Below are positions 1 through 9,837 of a stretch of DNA of 64,000 nt, in pieces. A program made the translations under genes and the position numbers. How positions within the stretch are numbered: the first letter of the stretch is position 1; each line of letters opens with the position of its first letter. The notes under the pieces are model-generated. The model ran no database searches. It had not been told where the DNA came from and saw nothing but the letters and a program-made list of their open reading frames with translations. Source of the DNA: Spirochaetia bacterium (GTDB lineage: Bacteria > Spirochaetota > Spirochaetia > DSM-2461); the NCBI GenBank assembly GCA_963668315.1, contig OY764216.1, positions 4,448,001 through 4,512,000 on the forward strand. Reading direction: 5' to 3'.

Positions 1-2
1 GG

Positions 3-623
3 AGCGGCCAGCGCCCGGTGAGCTATCTTGCCGATCGGGTGGATCTGGATTCCCGGTGGTGCCTGGTTCATGGGACCCATCTGGATGAAGGGGAGATTAG
101 AAGGATTGCCCAAAGCGGTGCCGTGGTAGGGATCTGCCCCACCACCGAAGCCAATCTGGGGGACGGCCTTTTTCCCGCCGTGGAATATTTTGAAAAGGAG
201 GGCCGTTGGGGCGTCGGATCGGACAGCCATGTCTCCCTGAGCGCTCTGGAGGAACTCCGCTGGCTGGAGTACGGGCAGCGTCTTATTCATCAGAAGCGGA
301 ACCGCCTGGTCAGCCGGGGAAATCCCGTCGTCGGCGAAGTTCTCTGGGAACAGGCCGCCCGGGGAGGCGCCCAGGCGTGCGGCGTAAAAATGGGACAGCT
401 GGCCCCGGGCATGCGGGCCGACTGGCTGGTGCTGGCCGATGACGAATGGCTGGGCGCGGTCAGGGACGAACAGCGGATGAACCGGTGGCTCTTCGCCGGG
501 ACGACCCAGGAAATCCGCGATGTCTATGTGGCGGGTACCCGGGTGATAGAACAGGGCCGCCATCCCCGGGAAGAAGAGCTGAACGAACAGTTCGCCCGGG
601 TGATGTCTCAGCTGATAAGCTAA
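3..623 (+). CDS. hutF: Formimidoylglutamate deiminase, C-terminal part (5' end outside the window)
   Basis: Frame is open from the window edge. Motifs WCLVHGTH, CPTTEANLGDG, GVGSDSHVS and EELRWLEYGQRL match HutF. Adjacent to hutI/U/H. Confidence 0.9.
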   Translation, partial: SGQRPVSYLADRVDLDSRWCLVHGTHLDEGEIRRIAQSGAVVGICPTTEANLGDGLFPAVEYFEKEGRWGVGSDSHVSLSALEELRWLEYGQRLIHQKRNRLVSRGNPVVGEVLWEQAARGGAQACGVKMGQLAPGMRADWLVLADDEWLGAVRDEQRMNRWLFAGTTQEIRDVYVAGTRVIEQGRHPREEELNEQFARVMSQLIS

Positions 624-1849
624 AGGATGAACTCACCCTTTTTCATCACCCGTTTAACCCGGTTGACGCCGAAGTTGTAAACCAGATATTCATACCCGGG
701 GGCTTCCAGGAAGATGAGATCGGCCTGTTTTCCCTTATGGATCGAGCCGGTTTTGTCCGACAGACCCAGGGCATAGGCCGCATTGATGGTGGCTCCGTTC
801 AGGGCCTGCTCTATGGTCAGCCCCATTTTCAGACAGGCCAGGGTAATGATCATGCCCATGGAGTGGGTATGGGAGCTGCCGGGATTAAGATCGGTGGCGA
901 GGCTCAAAATGCCCCCCTCCCGGATAATCTTTTTTCCGGGAGCGTAGGAATCGCCCATGAGGAAGAAAGTCGTACCGGGAAGCAAAGTAAAAACCGTGCC
1001 CGCCTCGACCATGTCCTTTATCCCCTTGTCCGAAATGTACATAAGGTGATCGGCCGAAACAGCCCTGAACTCTGCCGCCAGCTCCGCTCCGCCCAGGGGG
1101 ACGATCTCATCGGCATGGAGGCGCAGTTTAAACCCCAGCTCCTTCGCGGCGGCAAGAATCCGGCGGGTGTCCTCAATCTCGAAGACGCCCTTTTCGCAAA
1201 AGACATCGCAGTAATCGGCAATCCCCTGCTCTTTGACGGCGGGAAGCATCTCTTTGATGAGAAGATCCATATAGCCGCCCTTGTTTCCCTTGTATTCCGG
1301 GGGGATTTCATGGGCGCCCATAAAGGTGGCCCTGATATCGAGAGGACTGATTTCCCGGAGCTTTTTAATGACCCGCAGCTGCTTCAGCTCCGTTTCCAGG
1401 TCCAGCCCGTAGCCCGATTTGGCCTCAACCGAAGTGGTGCCGTGCCGGGTAATCAGCTTAAGATCGTCCAGAGCGGAAGCAAGGAGTTCCTCTTCGGAAG
1501 AGTTGCGGGTTGCCGTGACGGTGTTGTTTATCCCGCCGCCGGCCGCCGCGATATCCATGTAGGTTTTCCCCTTGAGCCGCATATTGAACTCGCCGCATCT
1601 CTCCCCGGCGAAGGGGATATGGGTATGGGGATCGGTAAATCCCGGAAGGACGACCATTCCCTGTGCATCGACTATTTCATAATCCCCGGGGACGCTCTGG
1701 GAGGAGGGAATAATCGATTTGATCAGCCCCTCTTCGATCAGAAGCGAAACATCAGAGTGGATATCCAGACGTTCCATATCCGCCCCGGCGGCAAAAGATT
1801 CTGCTCCCGGGGTGACCAGCTGCTTTATATTGACTATGGCTTTTTTCAT
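620..1849 (-). CDS. hutI: Imidazolonepropionase
   Basis: PGFTDPHTH, GGGINNTV, GTTSVEAKSGYGL, LHADE, SADHL and LATDLNPGS motifs. Confidence 0.95.
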   Translation of the reverse strand: MKKAIVNIKQLVTPGAESFAAGADMERLDIHSDVSLLIEEGLIKSIIPSSQSVPGDYEIVDAQGMVVLPGFTDPHTHIPFAGERCGEFNMRLKGKTYMDIAAAGGGINNTVTATRNSSEEELLASALDDLKLITRHGTTSVEAKSGYGLDLETELKQLRVIKKLREISPLDIRATFMGAHEIPPEYKGNKGGYMDLLIKEMLPAVKEQGIADYCDVFCEKGVFEIEDTRRILAAAKELGFKLRLHADEIVPLGGAELAAEFRAVSADHLMYISDKGIKDMVEAGTVFTLLPGTTFFLMGDSYAPGKKIIREGGILSLATDLNPGSSHTHSMGMIITLACLKMGLTIEQALNGATINAAYALGLSDKTGSIHKGKQADLIFLEAPGYEYLVYNFGVNRVKRVMKKGEFIL

Positions 1850-1909
1850 GCACTCCTCCGAACTTTAGTTAATGTTCCCATTCTTTGACATGGACCGGTT
1901 GAACCTACC

Positions 1910-3958
1910 CTAACGACGTTCTCTGACCAGCTTCTCAATCATCGCCCCATCGGCGACATAGGGCATGGTGATGTGGGACTCTTCCGTCTTCCCGTTAAAT
2001 TCACGGCTCGTTTCCATGGCCGGTTCATTCCGCGCCCAGCTTCTCCGGGCCACTCCGGCCATGACATCCCAGGTCATAGCCCTTTCGAGGATAAAATCGG
2101 CCTCTTCCGACCCGTCCAGGAGCATCCCGAATCCGCCGTTGATGCTCTTTCCGATTCCCACGCCGCCCCCGTTGTGGAGGGTGACAAGGGTCATACCCCG
2201 GGCGGCGTTACCGGCGAATGTCTGGGTGGCCATATCGGCCATGACGTTGGAGCCGTCCTTGATGTTGGAGGTTTCCCGGAAGGGGGAATCGGTTCCGCCC
2301 GTATCGTGGTGGTCACGACCGAGCATCACCGGGCCGATCTCGCCGTTTCTGACCATCTCGTTGAACTTGAGGGCGATCTTCAGCCGTCCCGCCGCATCCT
2401 GATAAAGAATCCGGGCTTTCGTACCCACCACAAGCTGATTTTTCTCCGCGTCCCGTATCCAGATATAGTTGTCCCGGTCCTGGAAGCGTCTTTCCGGATC
2501 GATACAGGAAGCCGCCGCCTGGTCTGTTTTTCGCAGGTCTTCCTCCTTGCCGGAAAGGCATACCCAGCGGAAGGGTCCGTATCCGTAGTCAAACAGGACC
2601 GGTCCCATGATATCCTCCACATAGGAGGGCCAGATAAACCCGTCAAGGTCGTTCTCACCGTTGCGGCAGATCGCCGGGATTCCCGAATCGAACACGGCCT
2701 TCATGAAACTGTTGCCGTAATCGAAGAAATAGGTTCCCCGATTTGTCAGTTCTTTAATGGCCTGATAGTGGCGGGCCAGAGTCTTGTCCACTTCCTTCCG
2801 GAAAGCGGCTTTATCGGAGGCGAGAAGCTCGGTCCGTCCGGCAAAGTCCATACCCGCCGGACAGTAGCCCCCGTCGTACACGTTGTGGCAGGAGGTCTGA
2901 TCGGACAGGAGGGGAATCTCGATATCGTTCTCTACGGCGTACTCGAGAAGATCGACGATGTTGCCGTGGTAAGCGATGGACAGGGCCTCGCCCTTCTGAC
3001 TCGCCTCATCGGCCAGACGGAACGCTTCGGCCGCCGACTCGGTAACCTCCCCTACCCAGCCCTGGTCGTGGCGCGTCTTGATGCGGGAGGAATCCACCTC
3101 GGCGATGATGCCCACGCCCCCGGCGATTTCCACGGCCTTGCCCTGGGCACCGCTCATGCCGCCCAATCCGGAGGAGATAAAAAGCACCCCTTTGAGATCA
3201 CCGTCATCGGCTACGCCCAACTGCTTGCGGGCGGCGTTCAGCAGTGTGGAATAGGTTCCGTGAACGATTCCCTGGGGTCCTATGTACATCCATCCGCCGG
3301 CGGTCATCTGACCGTAATTGGCCACTCCCAGAGCCTCGGCACGGTTCCAATTCTCCCCGTCGTCATAGAGACCGACCATCAGGCCGTTGGTGATCATCAC
3401 CCGGGGGGCCTTCTTGTGGGACTTGAAGAGCCCCAGGGGATGGCCCGAATAGAGAACCAGAGTCTGCTCTTCGCTCATTTCCCTAAGGTACTTCTTCACC
3501 AGATGGTACTGCATCCAGTTCTGGAAAACCCGGCCCGTTTCACCATAGGTCACCAGCTCGTAGGGATAAAGGGCGATATCAAAGCAGAGGTTGTTATCGA
3601 TCATCACCTGGAAGGCGCGGCCCGCCAGGGTTCGGCCCTCATACTCATCGACGCTTCTCGCCTTCAAATCCCCCCGGGGACGAAAGCGGTAGCCCACGAT
3701 GCGGCCGGTGGTCAAAAGCTCTTCCAGAAATTCCGGGGCCAGATCGGCATGCCATTTTTCCGGGACATAGCGGAGGGCGTTCCTGACGGCCAGGACTTTC
3801 TCGCTCTCCCTAAGGGTCAGCTCCCGCATGGGGGCGCGGCGAATCCCCTCGATAAAAGAGGGACGTTCGGGCAGTTCGGTAAAAATCTGTTCCAGGGTAA
3901 AGCCGTCGGCTTCGGGTATCTTATCACTTGTTATCATAGGGTCCTCGCAATGTGTCAT
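1910..3958 (-). CDS. hutU: Urocanate hydratase, long (~680 aa) form; start may be ATG 3937 after GAGGA
   Basis: YGQMTAGGWMYIGPQGIVHGT, SSGLGGMSGAQ, SDQTSCH, GRDHHD and LHNGGGVGIG motifs. Confidence 0.97.
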   Translation of the reverse strand: MTHCEDPMITSDKIPEADGFTLEQIFTELPERPSFIEGIRRAPMRELTLRESEKVLAVRNALRYVPEKWHADLAPEFLEELLTTGRIVGYRFRPRGDLKARSVDEYEGRTLAGRAFQVMIDNNLCFDIALYPYELVTYGETGRVFQNWMQYHLVKKYLREMSEEQTLVLYSGHPLGLFKSHKKAPRVMITNGLMVGLYDDGENWNRAEALGVANYGQMTAGGWMYIGPQGIVHGTYSTLLNAARKQLGVADDGDLKGVLFISSGLGGMSGAQGKAVEIAGGVGIIAEVDSSRIKTRHDQGWVGEVTESAAEAFRLADEASQKGEALSIAYHGNIVDLLEYAVENDIEIPLLSDQTSCHNVYDGGYCPAGMDFAGRTELLASDKAAFRKEVDKTLARHYQAIKELTNRGTYFFDYGNSFMKAVFDSGIPAICRNGENDLDGFIWPSYVEDIMGPVLFDYGYGPFRWVCLSGKEEDLRKTDQAAASCIDPERRFQDRDNYIWIRDAEKNQLVVGTKARILYQDAAGRLKIALKFNEMVRNGEIGPVMLGRDHHDTGGTDSPFRETSNIKDGSNVMADMATQTFAGNAARGMTLVTLHNGGGVGIGKSINGGFGMLLDGSEEADFILERAMTWDVMAGVARRSWARNEPAMETSREFNGKTEESHITMPYVADGAMIEKLVRERR

Positions 3959-3970
3959 CAGACGAAAAGT

Positions 3971-5545
3971 CTAGTAAATACTGAAATCGCCATAATTCTC
4001 GCCCTGGAGATCTATGCTATTCTTCTCGGCCGCTCGATAGGCGGTACGGGCCAGCTCCTGGCTCCTGATCAGATCCCGGGCCGTTACAAGATCGTTCCCG
4101 AAAATCCGGTCCTCATCGGCATGGTCGATGTGCTCCCTTATCAGGGTATGGCACTCTTCCAGGATCAGGGTCGAATGGAGAGGCCTTCTGAAATCAAAGG
4201 CCTGGGCCGCCGTTAAGAGCTCCACGGCCAGAATATTTTCCAGATTGGTGATGACCCGATTGAGCTTCCGGCTGCTGACCGATCCCATGCTCACGTGATC
4301 CTCCTGTCCCAGGGAAGTGGGAATACTGTCGGCGCTGGCAGGGAAACAGAGCGTTTTGTTCTCCGTTACCAGGGAGGCCGAGGTATACTGGGGAATCATG
4401 AATCCCGAGTTGATACCCAGATCCTTCATAAGCAGTTTGGGAAGACCTTCCGCTCCCATCAGAAGAAGGTAAGTCCGTCTGTCCGAGATATTTCCCAGCT
4501 CGCTGACTGCCACGCAGGCATAATCCAGGGGAAGGGCCATGGGCTGTCCGTGGAAATTACCCCCGCTTATCGCTTCCGATTCGCTGAGGATAACCGGGTT
4601 GTCCGTGACGGAGTTCAGTTCGATGGTCAGCATCTCTTTGAGGTGGAGATAACAGTTACGGGAAGCCCCGTGTACCTGGGGCATACAGCGCAGGGAGTAG
4701 GGATCCTGGACCCGGTCGCAGAACTCGTGGGATTTGAGGATTTCCGAACCTTCCAGCATCAGCCTCAGACGCTCGGCCACATACTTGTTCCCCTTGTAGG
4801 GACGCAGCTCATGAAGCTTCGGGGTAAAGGGTTTCACCGATCCCAGCAACGCTTCCAGGGTCATGGCGCCGATGATATCCGCCGTATCCAGGCAGTTCTG
4901 AAACCGTTCCAGGGCCCTGACGGAGTAGGCGCAGATAAACTGGGTGCCGTTAATCAGGGCCAGTCCCTCCTTCGGTCCCAGGGCCAGAGGTTCCAGCCCG
5001 GCCGCTTTAAGGGCTTTTTCCGATTCAACGGTTTCCCCGTTAACTTCGACCATTCCCAATCCGATCAGAGGCAGAAAGAGATGGGACAGGGGCGCCAGAT
5101 CCCCGGAGGCCCCCACCGATCCCTGATCGGGAACAACGGGAATGACGTTATTGTCGATATGCCAGATAATCCGCTCCAGGGTCTTGGGATTGATTCCCGA
5201 GTACCCCTGAGACAGGGCATGGCACTTTATGATCATCATGAGCTTGGCCACTTCGGTGGGAACGGGCTCACCCACTCCGGCGCTGTGGCTGCGCAGGATA
5301 TTATACTGGAGCTGTATCGTATCCTCCGGAGCGATTTTGGTATTACACAGCGGGCCGAATCCCGTATTGACCCCGTAGACGGTATACTCGCTCTCCACAA
5401 TGCCCTTCACGGCAGCGAAATTGGCTTCTATCCTGCCGGCGGCGTTCCCGGCGATGACGCCTTTACGCTTGCCTCTGGCGATCTCCAGCGCCAGGCCCGG
5501 AGTCAGTTCTTCTTCTCCGTATTTGAAAACCGGTTCATTTCCCAT
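3971..5545 (-). CDS. hutH: Histidine ammonia-lyase
   Basis: YGVNTGFG, MIO-forming GSVGASGDLAPL, KEGLALINGT, VQDPYSLRC and QEDHVSMG motifs. Confidence 0.97.
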   Translation of the reverse strand: MGNEPVFKYGEEELTPGLALEIARGKRKGVIAGNAAGRIEANFAAVKGIVESEYTVYGVNTGFGPLCNTKIAPEDTIQLQYNILRSHSAGVGEPVPTEVAKLMMIIKCHALSQGYSGINPKTLERIIWHIDNNVIPVVPDQGSVGASGDLAPLSHLFLPLIGLGMVEVNGETVESEKALKAAGLEPLALGPKEGLALINGTQFICAYSVRALERFQNCLDTADIIGAMTLEALLGSVKPFTPKLHELRPYKGNKYVAERLRLMLEGSEILKSHEFCDRVQDPYSLRCMPQVHGASRNCYLHLKEMLTIELNSVTDNPVILSESEAISGGNFHGQPMALPLDYACVAVSELGNISDRRTYLLLMGAEGLPKLLMKDLGINSGFMIPQYTSASLVTENKTLCFPASADSIPTSLGQEDHVSMGSVSSRKLNRVITNLENILAVELLTAAQAFDFRRPLHSTLILEECHTLIREHIDHADEDRIFGNDLVTARDLIRSQELARTAYRAAEKNSIDLQGENYGDFSIY

Positions 5546-6044
5546 AGGACATCTCCTTACTGTTTCTCAGCTCTTCGAGCACGATTTCGCTGAGTGAATT
5601 TTGACTCATCAACTCCTCAATCTCGCCAAGGGCGACCAGCAGTTTCCCGCTGTTCTCCCCCTTGGAAAGGATGAGGTTCATATTCTTTTCCATTGATTTC
5701 CAGATAGGCGTTATCTGCGCCTGAAGAGCCCGGCCCTTCTCGGTGAAGCTGACGATTTTGACTCTTTTATCGACATCGCTTTTCTCGCTTCTCACCAGTT
5801 TTTTCTTTTCCAGAGCCGTCACCAGCTGACTGGCCGCGGACTGGGTCGTCTCAAGCTCCTGGGCAATGCTGGAAACGGGAACATCGCCCTTTTTGTCCAA
5901 AAGGAAGAAAAGAGGAAACCAGGAGGGTTCAAAATCGATTTCGAGGGACTTGTAAATTTCACAGATCTCATTGAGAAAGCTCTTTCCGGCCCTTGAGAAT
6001 CGGGTACCCAGCATCAGAGAGCCTGTGTTCCTTATCATTGACAT
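5535..6044 (-). CDS. MarR-family regulator heading the hut operon
   Basis: wHTH (SIAQELETTQSAASQLVTALEKKKLV..DKRVKIVSFTEKG). Start placed at ATG 6044 after AAGAGG. Overlaps the hutH start. Confidence 0.85.
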   Translation of the reverse strand: MSMIRNTGSLMLGTRFSRAGKSFLNEICEIYKSLEIDFEPSWFPLFFLLDKKGDVPVSSIAQELETTQSAASQLVTALEKKKLVRSEKSDVDKRVKIVSFTEKGRALQAQITPIWKSMEKNMNLILSKGENSGKLLVALGEIEELMSQNSLSEIVLEELRNSKEMSYGK

Positions 6045-6067
6045 AGGTGATAACCTCTTAACTATTT

Positions 6068-6113
6068 TACTTAAGTACTTAAGTATTTTAATAGAAGCCC
6101 GGAATATTTTCAA
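6068..6113 (-). promoter_or_regulatory. Sigma70 promoter with a perfect 18-bp palindromic operator
   Basis: TTGAAA-17 bp-TAAAAT on the minus strand (6113-6085), immediately followed by the palindrome TACTTAAGTACTTAAGTA (6068-6085). Confidence 0.75.
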
Positions 6114-6304
6114 GGGATTTCGATAAAATACCAATAGCCGAATTTATTCGGCCCCTGATATCCCGGGCTACTCCCCCTACTCCCCTCTCAAATGTAAAAA
6201 GAACAGTTAGTGAACAGGTTTATCGTTTTTTCATAATAATTTCTTCCGGGGCAAGTACTAACCCCTCGGGTCAGCATCATCCTTCCCTGACCCGGAACCC
6301 GGAC

Positions 6305-7198
6305 TTAGTACCAGTCGTGCTTTTCGCCCCGGTCAAGTGCATTGATCCGGGTCATCTCATTCTCTGTCAAGGTAAAGCCGAAAAGATCAAGGTTCTCCCT
6401 GATATGAGCGGGATTGCCGGAACCGGGGATCACCACAACGCCCTTCTGCAGATTCCAGCGGAGAATCACCTGAGCCGAAGAGACGCCGTGGGTCTGAGCG
6501 ATGGCAGAGATGGTCCTATTTCCCAGCAGTTCCGCCGTAAAGCCCCGTCCTCCGAGGGGATACCATCCCTGAACAACGATGCCCAGCCCCTGGATATAGG
6601 GAATCACATCGTTTTCCTGATAGTAGGGATGAATCTCATTCTGCACCAGTGCGGGAGTGATCTCCACCTGGGGCAGGAATTCCTCCAGCTCCTCCACGTA
6701 CCAGTTGGAAAGCCCGATGGAACGGATTTTTCCCTCGGCGACGGCCTTCTCCATGGCTCTGTACGCCTCTACATCATGCTCTCCGGGGTGGTGGAGCAGC
6801 ATCAGGTCGATATACCCGATATCCATCTTCATCAAGGCTTCGTCGATGGCTTCCGATGCACGGGCGAACTGATTGGGATAGAGCTTTGTGGTGACAAAAA
6901 TCTCTTCCCTCTCTATGCCGGACTCCCGGACTGCCTTCCCCACGGCGGCCTCGTTGTGGTACATGAAAGCCGTGTCGATAAGCCTCCCCCCGGCTTCCAG
7001 CAGCGCCGCGATGGACACGGCGCACTCCCCGTCGGACAAACTGTAGGTGCCGAGCCCCATGACGGGCATTTCATAACCGCTGTTCAACAGTACCGATCTG
7101 GTCTCAAAATCAAACAAACCAACCTCCTTATCTCCCCTTTCCGCCGCGCAGGGAAACATCGCGGTCACCAGAAAAAGCAGGAAAACCGTTCTTTTCAT
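6305..7198 (-). CDS. Aldo/keto reductase (2,5-diketogluconate reductase-like)
   Basis: GLGTY, IDTAFMYHNE, FVTTKL, LLHHP, IGLSN and QVILRW motifs. Confidence 0.92.
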   Translation of the reverse strand: MKRTVFLLFLVTAMFPCAAERGDKEVGLFDFETRSVLLNSGYEMPVMGLGTYSLSDGECAVSIAALLEAGGRLIDTAFMYHNEAAVGKAVRESGIEREEIFVTTKLYPNQFARASEAIDEALMKMDIGYIDLMLLHHPGEHDVEAYRAMEKAVAEGKIRSIGLSNWYVEELEEFLPQVEITPALVQNEIHPYYQENDVIPYIQGLGIVVQGWYPLGGRGFTAELLGNRTISAIAQTHGVSSAQVILRWNLQKGVVVIPGSGNPAHIRENLDLFGFTLTENEMTRINALDRGEKHDWY

Positions 7199-7243
7199 CC
7201 ATCCTCCTTCAGCCCGCCGGAGGGCGGGCTCCTTAAGTCGTTC

Positions 7244-8218
7244 CTAATTCAAATTCTCACTGAAAAATCGATCTATCTTTTCAAAGGGAATCACGTCGCG
7301 GTTGTCGTACAGGTCGGTATGCACCGCATCGGGGATAAGCAGCAGTTCCTTGTTATCCCCGGAGAGCTGTGCAAAGGCATCCTTACTGAAATAGCAGGAG
7401 TGGGCCGCCTCACCGTGAACGACCAATACGGCGCTGCGGATCTCACTGCTGTAGCGAAGTATGGGCATATTGAGAAAAGAGAGAGAAGAGGTGATATTCC
7501 ATCCTGCATTGGAATTAAGGGAGCGCTTGTGATACCCCCGGTCCGTCTTGTAATAGGTGAAATAGTCCTTTACAAAGAAGGGAGCCTCTTCGGGAAGTTC
7601 GTCCGGAACTCCCCCCGCCCTGGCGTAGGCGCCCTCTTTATAATCTTCCGTCCTCCGGGCATTCAGCTGTCTGCGCAGTTCATAGCGATCGTCCGGACTC
7701 ATCGAATCAAAATAGCCCCTGGCTGTCACCCGGGTCATGTCATACATGGTAGACGCGACAGTCGCCTTGATGCGCGTATCAATGGCCGCCGCGTTCAAAG
7801 CCATACCGCCCCAGCCGCAAATGCCGATGATCCCGATTTTGTCAGGATCGACCCTGTCCAGGGTGGAAAGAAAATCCACCGCCGCGGAAAAGTCCTCCGT
7901 ATTGATATCGGGGGACGCCACATACCGGGGCATCCCGCCGCTTTCCCCCGTATAGGAGGGGTCAAAGGCCACGGCGAGATAGCCCTTTTCCGCCATTGTC
8001 TGAGCGTACAGACCGGAAGCCTGCTCCTTCACCGCCCCGAAGGGACCGGCCACGGCAATGGCGGATAAGCGCCCGGAGGCCTCCGCCGGCTCGTATAAAT
8101 CGGCGGCGAGGGTTATCCCGTAACGGTTGTGAAATGTTACTTTACTGTGTTTTACCTTGTCGCTTTTCGGGAACACCTTGTCCCACTCTTCTGTCAAATC
8201 CCACTCTCGGGTGTCCAT
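7244..8218 (-). CDS. Alpha/beta hydrolase (YcjY-like, Cys nucleophile)
   Basis: GPFGAVKEQASG, DPSYTGESGG, GICGWGG and HTDLYD motifs. Confidence 0.88.
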   Translation of the reverse strand: MDTREWDLTEEWDKVFPKSDKVKHSKVTFHNRYGITLAADLYEPAEASGRLSAIAVAGPFGAVKEQASGLYAQTMAEKGYLAVAFDPSYTGESGGMPRYVASPDINTEDFSAAVDFLSTLDRVDPDKIGIIGICGWGGMALNAAAIDTRIKATVASTMYDMTRVTARGYFDSMSPDDRYELRRQLNARRTEDYKEGAYARAGGVPDELPEEAPFFVKDYFTYYKTDRGYHKRSLNSNAGWNITSSLSFLNMPILRYSSEIRSAVLVVHGEAAHSCYFSKDAFAQLSGDNKELLLIPDAVHTDLYDNRDVIPFEKIDRFFSENLN

Positions 8219-8272
8219 GAATCGGTACCTTCCTTCCTAATGACTTGTGACTCATTAATGTGATATACTCAG

Positions 8273-8303
8273 ATCGTACAACCTAAAGCTGACTTGAGGT
8301 CAA
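8273..8303 (-). promoter_or_regulatory. MerR-type promoter with 19-bp spacer and dyad operator
   Basis: TTGACC-19 bp-TACGAT on the minus strand, with dyad ACCTCAAG..CTTTAGGT across the spacer; divergent MerR gene. Confidence 0.8.
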
Positions 8304-8334
8304 GTGAAAATCTGATTTCCGGGAGAACCTGACA

Positions 8335-8796
8335 ATGTATTCCATCGGTGAAGTATCGAACATGTTCCAATTATCCGTTCCGACCCTGCGCTATTATGAC
8401 CAGCAGGGATTATTTCCCAATCTCAAAAGGACCAAATCAGGACTGCGTTCCTTTGACAGTCATGATATCGAAAGCATCAGGATTATCGAGTATCTGAAAA
8501 AAGCCGGTATGTCTCTCAAGGATATACGGGTCTTTATCGACTGGTGCCATGCGGGTGATTCCACCCTGATCGAACGGCGGGATATGTTCCTGGATAGACT
8601 GGATTCGGTTAAGGCCGAGATTGAGGAACTGAACCGGGTTCAGGATTTGCTGACATTTAAATCCTGGTACTACAGCCAGGCGGTGAAGGAGGAAACGGAA
8701 GAGCGGATTAAAGAGGTTAAGCCCGAGGAGATGCCCGCTGATATCAGAAGGGCCTATGAAAACACACATGCCGATCTGCCCTGCTGGAAAGCATAG
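8335..8796 (+). CDS. MerR-family regulator (AdhR/YyaN-like)
   Basis: YSIGEVS..TLRYYDQQGL..R..SGLRSF..LKKAGMSLKDI. Confidence 0.92.
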   Translation: MYSIGEVSNMFQLSVPTLRYYDQQGLFPNLKRTKSGLRSFDSHDIESIRIIEYLKKAGMSLKDIRVFIDWCHAGDSTLIERRDMFLDRLDSVKAEIEELNRVQDLLTFKSWYYSQAVKEETEERIKEVKPEEMPADIRRAYENTHADLPCWKA

Positions 8797-8800
8797 GCTC

Positions 8801-9796
8801 TCAGCCCATGCTTTTCTTCGCCCACTCCGTGTCTTTCAGTATCGCCCTTCCGACGCCGATCAGATCCGCCTTCCCTTCAACGAGCAATCTCTCTGCCCCG
8901 TCGGCGTCGATAATGCCCCCGGTGAGCATGACCGGAATGGATACTTCTTTCCTGATCATCTCGGTCATATCGGAGAAATAGCCCTGTTCCTCTATCCCGG
9001 GAATTCGATATCCGTTCATTCCTCCGGAAATATCCAGAAAATCCACTCCGCTCTCTTCCAAGAGCTTCGAAGCGGCAACGCTGTCTTCCAGGGTGGAACC
9101 GCCCTCCCTGTAATCACAGCCCCCGAGGCGCAGGGCGACGGGATAATCCGGTCCGACGACATCCCTCACGGCTTTTACAATCTCGATATGAAGTCTGACT
9201 CTGCCCTCTATCGTCGAACCCGTATACTCGTCGTCTCTTTTATTTATTAAAGGTGAATAAAACTGATTGAGAAGGTAGCCATGGGCGGAATGGATTTCAA
9301 CGCCGTCGAAACCCGCATCCCTGGCCCTTCCGGCGGCCCGGGCGAAATCGGAAACAAGATCCTGTATCTGCTCCCCTGTCATCTCTTCCGCAGCCCTTCC
9401 TTTTCCCTCTTCGGCTCCCTTTCTGAAGAAAGGACTGGCGCTTACGGCCGCGCTGCCGGTCAATTCGGGATCGGCCTGACCTCCGGCGTGACTGATCTGG
9501 GCCATGACAGCCGTATGGTTGCCATGAATCACATCAACGAGCTTTTTCAAACCGGGAATATCGCTGTCCCGTGAGATGGACAGCTGCCCCTTATGGGCCA
9601 GCCCCTGCCTGTTGATATAGCTGTGTTCCGTGATAATCAGGCCGATATACCCGCCCCGAGACTTCTGATCATAGTAATCCAGAAGATCCTGTATCACCTT
9701 GCCATCCTCTGTTTTCGCCGTAGCCATGGGAGGCAGAACCAGGCGGTTGGGTAGTTTAAGCTGATTGACCGTAATAGGCTCTTTTAGAATTCTCAT
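8801..9796 (-). CDS. NADH:flavin oxidoreductase (Old Yellow Enzyme family)
   Basis: NRLVLPPMA, AQISHAG, AGFDGVEIHSAHGYLLNQFYSP and ADLIGVGR motifs. Confidence 0.93.
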   Translation of the reverse strand: MRILKEPITVNQLKLPNRLVLPPMATAKTEDGKVIQDLLDYYDQKSRGGYIGLIITEHSYINRQGLAHKGQLSISRDSDIPGLKKLVDVIHGNHTAVMAQISHAGGQADPELTGSAAVSASPFFRKGAEEGKGRAAEEMTGEQIQDLVSDFARAAGRARDAGFDGVEIHSAHGYLLNQFYSPLINKRDDEYTGSTIEGRVRLHIEIVKAVRDVVGPDYPVALRLGGCDYREGGSTLEDSVAASKLLEESGVDFLDISGGMNGYRIPGIEEQGYFSDMTEMIRKEVSIPVMLTGGIIDADGAERLLVEGKADLIGVGRAILKDTEWAKKSMG

Positions 9797-9837
9797 GTTT
9801 TTCTCCTTGGATTATCTCAATTTACCTGCTCGGAAGA

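Noticed and set aside
446..8068. Long plus-strand ORFs (446-1888, 1973-4216, 4295-5593, 6317-8068)
   Set aside because: Antisense shadows of well-supported minus-strand genes in GC-rich DNA; no recognisable motifs.
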